Below, piece by piece: positions 10,675-19,287 of a DNA stretch of 64,000 nucleotides. Below the pieces are notes generated by a model. That model made no database searches. It saw only the letters and a list, made by a program, of their open reading frames with translations, and had not been told where the DNA came from. The position numbers and the translations under genes were made by a program. The first letter of the stretch is position 1. Every line of letters begins with the position of its first letter. The DNA comes from an uncultured Clostridia bacterium (GTDB taxonomy: Bacteria; Bacillota; Clostridia; Oscillospirales; Ruminococcaceae), in the NCBI GenBank assembly GCA_947584375.1, contig CANPWL010000005.1, forward strand, positions 19,877 to 83,876. The letters run 5' to 3'.

Positions 10675-11342
10675 TACTCAACGCCTCCTTCCTCTGATTT
10701 GAAGGAGCAGGAATGTGCGTTCGGACAGCCTTTACAGCCTATTTCTTTCGGCGGTTTTTTATTTTTTAATTTATTAACAACGGCTATGATTACTCCAAGT
10801 GTAAAAAATCCTCCTGCGGGCATAATGAATACACTCATTGGGTTTTGTGAAATAAAAGGTATACTTATTCCGAATATTGAGCCTGTTCCGATAATTTCAC
10901 GTACAGCGCCCATTAAAAACAGTGCAAGAGTAAAACCAAGCCCCATTCCCAAACCGTCGAGAATTGAAGGTATAAGTTTGTTTTTAGAAGCAAAAACCTC
11001 AGCACGTCCTAAAATTATACAATTTACCGTTATAAGCGAAAGAAAAATTCCCAAACTGTCATAAAGTGCAGGAATATAACCCTTTAAAAGAAATTCTATC
11101 AGTGTTACAAATCCTGCTATGATAACTATATAACAGGGAAGTCTGACTGAATCAGGAATAACTCTTTTCAGAAGCGATATAACAATATTTGATCCGACAA
11201 GCACAAATGTTGTTGCAAGTCCCATTCCAATCCCGTTAGAAGCCATTGTAGTTACAGCCAATGCAGGACACATTCCAAGCAAAGTAACAAGCACAGGATT
11301 CTCTTTTATAAAGCCTTTAGTAAGATCCTTCAATCTATTCAC
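10674..11342 (-). CDS. rnfE: Rnf complex subunit E
   Basis: 222 aa. ENPVLVTLLGMCPALAVTT motif. 1-nt overlap with rnfA. Confidence 0.9.
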   Translation of the reverse strand: MNRLKDLTKGFIKENPVLVTLLGMCPALAVTTMASNGIGMGLATTFVLVGSNIVISLLKRVIPDSVRLPCYIVIIAGFVTLIEFLLKGYIPALYDSLGIFLSLITVNCIILGRAEVFASKNKLIPSILDGLGMGLGFTLALFLMGAVREIIGTGSIFGISIPFISQNPMSVFIMPAGGFFTLGVIIAVVNKLKNKKPPKEIGCKGCPNAHSCSFKSEEGGVE

Positions 11343-11910
11343 CTAAAATCGCCTCCTTGTTACTGCTGAAAACTTCAAGAGCCGTCTTAACAGCATCTTT
11401 CATTCCCTTTGAAGAATATGTAGCTCCGGTAACATTGTCTATATTATCCAAGCTGTCGTCAGCTGTATAACCTATAAATTTATCGCTGAATATAGATTTA
11501 TCATCACGCAGTTTTGTGCCTAGTCCGGGAGTTTCACCACAACTAATAAACTCTGTTCCGGCAAGCTCACCTTTATCATTTATACCGACAAGAATATGTA
11601 TTCCGCCTTTAGCATAGCCATCGGCTGTAACCTCAATAAGACAATTTTTTTTATCACTGCTTAAAATTATTGAGTTTACTTTTTCATTTTCAAAGGTCAT
11701 CGGAGTTTTTTCAGTTTTAGATTTGTCAAGCAGTATCTCGTAATCGTCACCTCTAGAACCGGTAAATATAGCTTCGCATGCCGATTTCAAATCATCTGTC
11801 ATAACTCCTGTTGTATCTTTATATGTAAGTTTATATGTACCTACTAAAAGTCCGCACACAACAAAACTTATTATCATAAGCACCAATGGAGGAACAATAT
11901 ATTTTCTCAT
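11335..11910 (-). CDS. rnfG: Rnf complex subunit G (FMN-binding)
   Basis: N-terminal anchor. FMN-attachment motif TGATYSS. 8-nt overlap with rnfE. Confidence 0.8.
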   Translation of the reverse strand: MRKYIVPPLVLMIISFVVCGLLVGTYKLTYKDTTGVMTDDLKSACEAIFTGSRGDDYEILLDKSKTEKTPMTFENEKVNSIILSSDKKNCLIEVTADGYAKGGIHILVGINDKGELAGTEFISCGETPGLGTKLRDDKSIFSDKFIGYTADDSLDNIDNVTGATYSSKGMKDAVKTALEVFSSNKEAILGE

Positions 11911-11911
11911 T

Positions 11912-12841
11912 TTAATCCTCCCTTTTTCTTATCGGCAGCGCACCTATTGGCTTTGCCTTTGTTACCATATCTATATAAGGAGTCAATATGTTCATAATCA
12001 GTATAGCAAAGGACACTCCTTCAGCCATTGACGCATAAAACCTTATTACACAGGTAATTATTCCGCAGCCTATTCCGAATATAATCTTTCCCCACATAGT
12101 AATCGGTGTGGTAACATAATCAGTAGCCATAAATATTGCTCCCAACAATACTCCGCCGGACAAAATTTGATAAAGCGGATCTACGCCTGCCGCAATTGAA
12201 AAAACCTCTACCGTCAGCAGAAAAAACAAGGGTGTAATAGGTGAAATTATCCCTCTTATAACAAGATATATTCCGCCGATAATAAGTGCAAGCGCACAAG
12301 TTTCTCCCAGACATCCTCCTGTTCGTCCCAAGAACAGATCTAAGTACTCTGCATTTCCGCTGACAAGAGGAGTTGCTCCTGTTACAGCGTCTGTTTTCTG
12401 AAGCCCTAAAGGAACCGTCCAGTTTGTCATAGCACCTGTGAACGACAGCATCAATACAATTCTTCCAACAATTGCAGGATTTGCAAAATTCTGCCCTAAT
12501 CCTCCGAATAAACATTTTACTATCACAATCGCCACAAATGTTCCGATTGACGCCATCCAGAAAGGAAGCGTCGGAGGAAGATTAAACGCAAGCAAAATTC
12601 CTGTTACAACAGCCGAAAGATCGCTTATTGTATTAGGTCTTTTGGTAATCATATTAAACAGCGTTTCCCAGACGAGCGATGTGGCTGTACAAACCAGAAT
12701 CAAAAATATCGCACGAAGTCCGAAAATAATACTGGAAGCTATTACAGCAGGACAAAGAGCAATAATAACATTAAGCATTATTTTTTGTGTTGTCATTTCA
12801 GAGCGCACATGAGGCGACGGAGAAACAATCAGCTTTTTCAT
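11912..12841 (-). CDS. rnfD: Rnf complex subunit D
   Basis: 309-aa polytopic protein. DAVTGATPL FMN-attachment motif. Confidence 0.9.
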   Translation of the reverse strand: MKKLIVSPSPHVRSEMTTQKIMLNVIIALCPAVIASSIIFGLRAIFLILVCTATSLVWETLFNMITKRPNTISDLSAVVTGILLAFNLPPTLPFWMASIGTFVAIVIVKCLFGGLGQNFANPAIVGRIVLMLSFTGAMTNWTVPLGLQKTDAVTGATPLVSGNAEYLDLFLGRTGGCLGETCALALIIGGIYLVIRGIISPITPLFFLLTVEVFSIAAGVDPLYQILSGGVLLGAIFMATDYVTTPITMWGKIIFGIGCGIITCVIRFYASMAEGVSFAILIMNILTPYIDMVTKAKPIGALPIRKRED

Positions 12842-12859
12842 TTATCATTCCTCTCCTTC

Positions 12860-14167
12860 TTAATTATTGTCTGTTACAAATATTTTTGCCAACTGATTTG
12901 TTTCCGCAAGATTTCTCTTTGCAGGACATACATATGAGCAGCTTCCGCAATTCATACAAAGATTAACTCTGAGCAATTTCAATCTTTCAGCATCTCTCTG
13001 ATTATAAGCCTTTTCAAGCTCAGTAGGCATAAGTCCGGCAGGACAAGCTTTAATACACCTTCCGCAGCGTATACAATTGGTCTGAATCCTTTTTTTATCA
13101 CTCTTTAATGCCAGTATTGCATTATTTGTTTTTACAATAGGAGTGTTTAGATCATAAATACACATACCCATCATCAGTCCTCCTGCAAGAACCTTTGACA
13201 CCTTATCCTCCTCGCAATCTGCAAACCTTAAAAGTTCAGCAACAGACGTACCGATAGGAACTTTTACATTACAAGGAGATTTAACTGCGTCCCCGTCAAT
13301 AGTTATACGACGTCGGGTAAGCGGCATACCTGTTTTAAAATACCTGTTTAAAAATCCGACAGTTGATACATTCATTACTATAACGCCCTGATTTAAAGGG
13401 AGCTCGCCCTCTCTTACTGTTCTGCCTGTCGCATTATAAGCAATAACCTTTTCCGCACCCTGCGGATAAAGGGAAGACAGCTTTACAATGTTTATTGCAT
13501 CGTCGTTTAAAGACATATTGTTTAACAGCTCAATGGCCTTAGGTTTATTCTTTTCAATACAAATATATACCTTTTCTATATTAAGGATATTCTGAATAGT
13601 TTTAATTCCGTTCAACACGTCATCCGGATTTTCCATCATCTCACGATAATCGCTGGTTATGTATGGTTCACACTCTGCGGCATTTATAACAAGACTGTCA
13701 ACAGGGGTTTTATTTTCATCATATTTAAGTTTTATGTGAGTAGGAAAACCTGCGCCGCCAAGACCGCAGCAGCCGCTTTCCCTGACTGCGTTTATGAATG
13801 ATAATTTATCTGTGATCACAGGAGGCTTTACATCTTCGCTTACAGTTTGTTTACCGTCACATTCAATAACAATACTTTTGCATACCCTTCCGTTAGAGGA
13901 TAAAAAATTCTCGATCTCCACAACATTTCCAGATACGCTTGAATGAACAGGCGTTGACATAAATGCGTCACTGTCACCTATTCTCTGACCGACCTTTACC
14001 TCATCTCCCACCGACACCAAAGGTTCACAGGGCACACCCATATGCTGTGACATTGGTATTGACACTTTCTCCGGTACAGGATATCTCTTTGTTTTACAAT
14101 TTTCGGTAAATTTTTTATGCTGTATTTTTATGCAGTTAAGAGCCAAAATTATCACCCTTTCATACAT
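12860..14167 (-). CDS. rnfC: Rnf complex subunit C (NADH-binding, 2x[4Fe-4S])
   Basis: GCCGLGGAGFPTHIKL motif. CIRCGRCIKACP and CMNCGSCSYVCP motifs. Confidence 0.9.
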   Translation of the reverse strand: MYERVIILALNCIKIQHKKFTENCKTKRYPVPEKVSIPMSQHMGVPCEPLVSVGDEVKVGQRIGDSDAFMSTPVHSSVSGNVVEIENFLSSNGRVCKSIVIECDGKQTVSEDVKPPVITDKLSFINAVRESGCCGLGGAGFPTHIKLKYDENKTPVDSLVINAAECEPYITSDYREMMENPDDVLNGIKTIQNILNIEKVYICIEKNKPKAIELLNNMSLNDDAINIVKLSSLYPQGAEKVIAYNATGRTVREGELPLNQGVIVMNVSTVGFLNRYFKTGMPLTRRRITIDGDAVKSPCNVKVPIGTSVAELLRFADCEEDKVSKVLAGGLMMGMCIYDLNTPIVKTNNAILALKSDKKRIQTNCIRCGRCIKACPAGLMPTELEKAYNQRDAERLKLLRVNLCMNCGSCSYVCPAKRNLAETNQLAKIFVTDNN

Positions 14168-14172
14168 AGATT

Positions 14173-15195
14173 TTAATAGAATGAATACTCACTGTTCGTA
14201 ATTTTAAAACTATTTTTTATACTGTCTGATATATAAATTTTATTGTCATCTGATATTGCAATAACAGAATAATTCTTATTATTCAGATAACTGTTTATAT
14301 TTTCGGTTCCGCCTATATATATTTCAGTTGACAAAAAGTCTGTCAAAAGTCCGTTTTGAGATACTACCGTTACCGAAGCCAAATCAGTCTTAACAGGATA
14401 TCCGGTTTTCAAATCAAGAATATGCGAATATGTTTTACCATTAGCTTTAAAATAACGTTCATAACCTCCTGAACTGGAAATTATACAGCTTTTAGTATTC
14501 AAATTTCCGACATATTGTTCACTGTCACTTTCAGGAACACGTACAGCAACAGAAAACTTCCCGCCATTGGGCTTTTCACCATACAAAAGAGTAGATGAGC
14601 CGAATGAAATAACCGCACAGCCTATATCGGATCGTTTCAGCTCGTTTTTTACTATATCGCAAGCATAGCCTTTAGCAACAGCGCTTAAATCTATTTTTGT
14701 GTCGCCTTCAATAGAAACACAATTGTCGTCTATATGAATATTTCCGGAATTTATTGTTTTCAGTGAATCGACTATGTTCTCATCTTTCGGAACCTTCGGG
14801 GATTCCGACTGAAAATTCCAAAGTGAAATAAGCCTACCCGATGAAATATCTACATTTTTGTATTTTTTCTGCAAAGCTAAGGTCTTTGATATTATATCTG
14901 CCGTATTTTCTGAACATTCTAATTTTCTATTTTTATTGAGATCATATATTTCTCCGCCTTCATCATAAGAATCAAAAAGGCTATTAAGCCTGTTAATTTC
15001 AGCCTTGATGCTCTTATACATCGTATCGTTAAATTGTTTTTCCGGAATAGAAATGCTCACCGCAGTATCCATAGCTGTAAATACTTTAGTTTTATAATCG
15101 CCATTATTATATTGTATTTTATATATTGTAAGAATTATCACAACTGCTGAAATAATACATATTAAAATTGCAGATTTTTTTACTATCAAACCCAT
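14173..15195 (-). CDS. apbE: FAD:protein FMN transferase (ApbE family), membrane-anchored
   Basis: N-terminal hydrophobic anchor. FTAMDT, AKGYACD and SSGGYERYF motifs. First gene of the rnf operon. Confidence 0.8.
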   Translation of the reverse strand: MGLIVKKSAILICIISAVVIILTIYKIQYNNGDYKTKVFTAMDTAVSISIPEKQFNDTMYKSIKAEINRLNSLFDSYDEGGEIYDLNKNRKLECSENTADIISKTLALQKKYKNVDISSGRLISLWNFQSESPKVPKDENIVDSLKTINSGNIHIDDNCVSIEGDTKIDLSAVAKGYACDIVKNELKRSDIGCAVISFGSSTLLYGEKPNGGKFSVAVRVPESDSEQYVGNLNTKSCIISSSGGYERYFKANGKTYSHILDLKTGYPVKTDLASVTVVSQNGLLTDFLSTEIYIGGTENINSYLNNKNYSVIAISDDNKIYISDSIKNSFKITNSEYSFY

Positions 15196-15358
15196 TCCGC
15201 CTTTTCAATAAGAGCAGAGCCCAATCATTCATCGTCGCAAAGCCGACTGCCAAATTTAACATCTAACCGGTTCAGCATTTTCAAATCCATTCACTTGAAT
15301 CTGCGCTCTTTTTTAGTATTGTATTTTTAAATGAAAAATGTTAAAATGTATACATAAT

Positions 15359-16000
15359 TTAATCGTCAAGCTTCTTTATATATTCCTCACTAAAGATAAT
15401 TATATCATCCAGAGATTTATATTCAAGCGGAAATTCATTATATAATTTAACAAAAGATGTTTTAGGTGCATTTATTTGCATATTGCTCAACTTCCTTTCT
15501 AATGAAGATGACAGAAGAGCAAATGCAGGAAAAATATTATCCTTATTTACTGAAAAATAATTTACATCATTTTTAGGGTTTGCTAAATAAGCACTGCGAA
15601 ACATTGAATATACCGATATAGACAAAATAGCGTCAGAGCTTTTTATCAATTCCGGATTTTTATAGCTTGCAATCATTGAATAATAAACATATAAGACATG
15701 TTTAATTTTATCCATCTGTTCGCCCAAAGCATTAAAAGGATTTTTATTTTTCCTTTTTGTTATTCCTCTTTTGTCCGGCTTGGGCATAGTTGTTCTTCCT
15801 AAAAGATAATCACATGAAACATCGAAATAATTTGCAATTTTAACAAGCAAATCAAGATTACACTCACGTTTCCCGTTTTCATAATGAGATAATAAACCTT
15901 GTGATATATTAAGATCTTTTGCTAATTTTTTTTGACTCAGTCCGCTTTCTGTTCGCAAAAGATTCAGCATTCTTGGGAAATCTTTATTCATTTTGTTCAC
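15359..16000 (-). CDS. XRE-family HTH transcriptional regulator with a C-terminal domain of unknown function
   Basis: HTH LSQKKLAKDLNISQGLLSHYENGKR. 213 aa. Confidence 0.75.
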   Translation of the reverse strand: MNKMNKDFPRMLNLLRTESGLSQKKLAKDLNISQGLLSHYENGKRECNLDLLVKIANYFDVSCDYLLGRTTMPKPDKRGITKRKNKNPFNALGEQMDKIKHVLYVYYSMIASYKNPELIKSSDAILSISVYSMFRSAYLANPKNDVNYFSVNKDNIFPAFALLSSSLERKLSNMQINAPKTSFVKLYNEFPLEYKSLDDIIIFSEEYIKKLDD

Positions 16001-16179
16001 CGTACCTTATTACAAATTGTAATGTCTGCCGTCCCAGACAAAAAGCATTACAAACATATAATACAGCAAAAAAAACGAGTTTTTTGTCGATATATAACAC
16101 ATCTGTGTATATTATAGTACATTTTTGACATTAAGTAAAGTTAAAATCTTATAAATAATATCATAAAAAGGAGAAATTT

Positions 16180-16833
16180 ATGAAAGGATACAGATTAAAA
16201 GTAATTCGTCACGGAATAACACAGGGCAACCTCGACGGAAAATATATTGGCATAACTGACCTTCCTCTCTGTGCTGAGGGTGTGGCTGAGCTTTATTCAA
16301 AGCTTGAAAAAACTCATTACGGCTCTGTACAGAAGGTTTTTGTCAGTCCTCTTAAAAGATGCAGGGAAACTGCCGCTATTCTTTATCCTGAAGCAGTTAC
16401 TGTTGAGATCCCTGAACTTATTGAAATGAATTTCGGGGATTTTGAAAATAAAAAGGCAAAAGATCTTATGAATACTCCCGAATATAAAAGCTTTCTTAAA
16501 GGCGGTCTTGACAATCCTCCGCCGAACGGAGAAAGTATGCGTGCAGTTGTTGAGAGATGCGTTGCCGCTATGGAAAAGATAGTATCTTCAATGTTTCAAG
16601 AAGGAATGACTAACTGTGCTGTTGTTACTCACGGAGGAATTATTATGAATATGCTGTCCTGCTTTGGAGTTCCCAAATACAATCCAAATGATCTTGCATG
16701 TGATTTCGGCGAGGGCTTTGAAGTTATGATATCCGCCGCAATGTGGCAAAGGTCAACAGCGTTTGAGATTTTAGGACGCTTTCCATATATTTATGATGAC
16801 GGCGAGCAGGCATATGACAACACATTATTTTAA
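16180..16833 (+). CDS. Histidine phosphatase family protein (phosphoglycerate-mutase-like)
   Basis: RHG catalytic motif (VIRHGITQGN) and a distal VVTHGG motif. SD AAAGGAG upstream. Confidence 0.8.
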   Translation: MKGYRLKVIRHGITQGNLDGKYIGITDLPLCAEGVAELYSKLEKTHYGSVQKVFVSPLKRCRETAAILYPEAVTVEIPELIEMNFGDFENKKAKDLMNTPEYKSFLKGGLDNPPPNGESMRAVVERCVAAMEKIVSSMFQEGMTNCAVVTHGGIIMNMLSCFGVPKYNPNDLACDFGEGFEVMISAAMWQRSTAFEILGRFPYIYDDGEQAYDNTLF

Positions 16834-16856
16834 ATAAAACGACGGCGGATAATATA

Positions 16857-17696
16857 ATGCGTAAAATAAGCTTTGAGGCAAAGTGTGAAGAAACCGTTTT
16901 AGATATCTTGTTATCCAATAACGTATCTAAGCGGCTTATAAGAAAGCTAAAACAAACAAGCGGCGGCATAACGATAAACGGAAAACAAGTGCGTACTATT
17001 GACAAGGTGTTTAAAGGCGACCGTATTACAATTTCTCTGGATGATAAAAAATCGCTTGAAAGCAACAGTAAGCTTAATGTCCCCGTGTTGTTTGACTGTG
17101 ACGATTTAATTGTCTTTGACAAGCCCTGCAATATGCCTGTCCACCCATCTATAAAGCATCAAAAAGATACTTTGGGCAACTACTTTTCTTATCTGTGCAA
17201 GGGAATATCTTTTCGTCCTGTAAACAGGCTGGACAAAGATACATCAGGTATATGTGCAGTAGCCAAAAATGCATTTGCCGCAAAATTGCTTCAGCAAACA
17301 CTTGAAAAAACCTATTATGCAATAGTCTGCGGAACAATAAACAAAGAGGGAATTATTGACGCTCCTATCGGACGAGTTGACGGCTCTATTATTACCAGAA
17401 AAATCTCAGATAAAGGGCAAAGGGCAGTTACACATTACAGACCGATAAAGCATTCAGATAACGGAAAATATACGCTCCTTAAGATTACTCTTGAAACTGG
17501 AAGAACACATCAGATTCGTGTGCATTTTTCTCATATAGGGTATCCGCTTGCCGGAGACGATCTATACGGCGGGAATTGCTCTGATATTAACCGTCAGGCT
17601 TTGCATTGCAAATCGATTAGATTTTTGCATCCCATAACGGGACAGGAAATAAGGTTAGACAGCGAGCTTCCGCCTGATATGAAAAAACTTATATAA
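16857..17696 (+). CDS. RluA-family pseudouridine synthase with an S4-like N-terminus
   Basis: Catalytic motif NRLDKDTSG. HQIRVH motif. 279 aa. Confidence 0.85.
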   Translation: MRKISFEAKCEETVLDILLSNNVSKRLIRKLKQTSGGITINGKQVRTIDKVFKGDRITISLDDKKSLESNSKLNVPVLFDCDDLIVFDKPCNMPVHPSIKHQKDTLGNYFSYLCKGISFRPVNRLDKDTSGICAVAKNAFAAKLLQQTLEKTYYAIVCGTINKEGIIDAPIGRVDGSIITRKISDKGQRAVTHYRPIKHSDNGKYTLLKITLETGRTHQIRVHFSHIGYPLAGDDLYGGNCSDINRQALHCKSIRFLHPITGQEIRLDSELPPDMKKLI

Positions 17697-17744
17697 CTGA
17701 TGTATAAACAACAAATATGGCATAAAACAATTCCATTTAAAAAA

Positions 17745-17773
17745 ATATGCAATCCAAATAAAGGATTGCATAT
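17745..17773. terminator. Intrinsic terminator between convergent genes
   Basis: 11-bp stem ATATGCAATCC / GGATTGCATAT. The T-run is on the minus strand (from CCATTTAAAAAA). Confidence 0.75.
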
Positions 17774-17793
17774 TTAATATACTACATTTTAAA

Positions 17794-19014
17794 CTATATT
17801 CTTATTGTTATTCTTGTAAGCTTTAAAATTTTGCTATATTTGCCGTAAACCTTTTTGCCCTTTACTACTTTATAAGCTCTGACTCTTACATAGTACTTGT
17901 TCTTTTTCAATTTCTTTAATGTAATTGTCTTTTTCTTTGTGAATTTCTTTTTAGCTTTCTTAAATTTCTTGTTGGTTGCCCATTGAACCTGATATCCTTT
18001 TGCTCCCTTTACCTTTGACCAAGAAACCTTAGCTGTTTTCTTTCCGCCTTTTTTCAATTTTAAATTTTTAACCTGTGCCGGTTTGCTTGACTTCTTTGTT
18101 GTTTTTGCAGCTGATGTTGTAGGCATATTTGATATATTTACTGTGTATGCATCATTAAAATCATGAAAAGAAGAAACTTTAAAATAATATGTTCCGGCTG
18201 TCAGATATTTATCTATGTAACCGCTGCCGCTGTTTGTTATGTTTACAGTTTTATGTGCAGTATTAAACTCATAAACAGGTGACTTATATATATAACCGCC
18301 GTTATAATACTCTAAAGAATACTCGCTAGTATCTGTCGATTTAAACAAATTAAAATAAGTTGAACCTGTTGCAGTGTTCTTCAGTGATGCATAATTTCCG
18401 ATAGTAATCCTTACTTTTCTTGCTGAAGGCACAACAAATTTATAGTAATCATAATATGATGAGTCAGGCTCTACAAATCCTGTATATGTTTTACCATATG
18501 TCATAGACGTTGCAGTTACAACTCCGTTGTTAGGTTCAATCTCACAATAGTTGTTTGCAGTAAACGCTATATTAAATGATGATGTAAAAGCAACATCTGA
18601 AAAGTTTAGAAAGTCATTGACTATGTTGATGTAATATGTACCCTTATTAAGAGCAAGCTTTAAAGTAAGATTTTTTGACGCTTGAATATTTGTTGTTTGT
18701 TTAGCAATTTCTGTTCCACGGGTATCATATACATATAAATTCATATCTTCAAATTGCTGATCTACAACAGGTCTTTCGCAATTGATAGTTATATATCCTC
18801 TGCTCGGAACTGTAACCTTCACATAATAATCTGCTTGATATGACATATCACCGGAATAAGAAATTGTATAGTTTTTTCCGAAACTAACCGGAATAGCCGT
18901 TAATATTGAACTGTTCGTAAAATCTGCGGCAGATGACGGCATTATTGCAGTAAGACTTATAACCATAACCACAGACATTAATATGCTGATTACTCTTTTC
19001 ATGCTTATACTCAT
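17794..19014 (-). CDS. Secreted protein: signal peptide, two PPC-like (pre-peptidase C-terminal type) domains and a Lys-rich Fn3-like C-terminus
   Basis: N-terminal signal-like VISILMSVVMVISLTAIMPSSA. DYYVKV and DYYKFVV hallmark strands. C-terminus VSWSKVKGAKGYQVQW...YYVRVRAY with about 35% Lys. Confidence 0.6.
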   Translation of the reverse strand: MSISMKRVISILMSVVMVISLTAIMPSSAADFTNSSILTAIPVSFGKNYTISYSGDMSYQADYYVKVTVPSRGYITINCERPVVDQQFEDMNLYVYDTRGTEIAKQTTNIQASKNLTLKLALNKGTYYINIVNDFLNFSDVAFTSSFNIAFTANNYCEIEPNNGVVTATSMTYGKTYTGFVEPDSSYYDYYKFVVPSARKVRITIGNYASLKNTATGSTYFNLFKSTDTSEYSLEYYNGGYIYKSPVYEFNTAHKTVNITNSGSGYIDKYLTAGTYYFKVSSFHDFNDAYTVNISNMPTTSAAKTTKKSSKPAQVKNLKLKKGGKKTAKVSWSKVKGAKGYQVQWATNKKFKKAKKKFTKKKTITLKKLKKNKYYVRVRAYKVVKGKKVYGKYSKILKLTRITIRI

Positions 19015-19193
19015 TTCCTTTCATATTTTGTTATACAAATATAACAAAATATTGACAATAAATTTTATACTTAAATTATATAACTAATTATATTGCCTGT
19101 CAACTGTAAAGTTAAACAAAAATACTATAAACTCCTGTCATAAATATATTAAAATAAACAAGCCGTGCTTAATTAAATAAATACAATATCTGC

Positions 19194-19222
19194 TTGCAAA
19201 TAAACATTAAATCATATATAAT
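19194..19222 (+). promoter_or_regulatory. Candidate sigma-A promoter of nadE
   Basis: TTGCAA (19194-19199), 17 nt, TATAAT (19217-19222). Confidence 0.55.
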
Positions 19223-19287
19223 TATTTTAAAATTGAAGATAATATAAAGGAACTTAAAATAAGGTTTTGTAAAGAATGGAGTAGATT

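Noticed and set aside
12120-12812. Alternate-frame and antisense ORFs (131 and 124 aa) within rnfD, and similar ORFs within rnfE, rnfB, coaX, fucI, fabD, fabK and fabF
   Set aside because: All are nested in genes with strong family signatures. Their translations are low-complexity or Arg/Cys-rich nonsense.
15196-15358. Possible riboswitch (for example FMN) in the leader of apbE-rnf
   Set aside because: None of the conserved FMN/RFN core sequences are recognisable. Only a weak long-range complementarity (AAGAGCGCAG / CTGCTCTT) is present.
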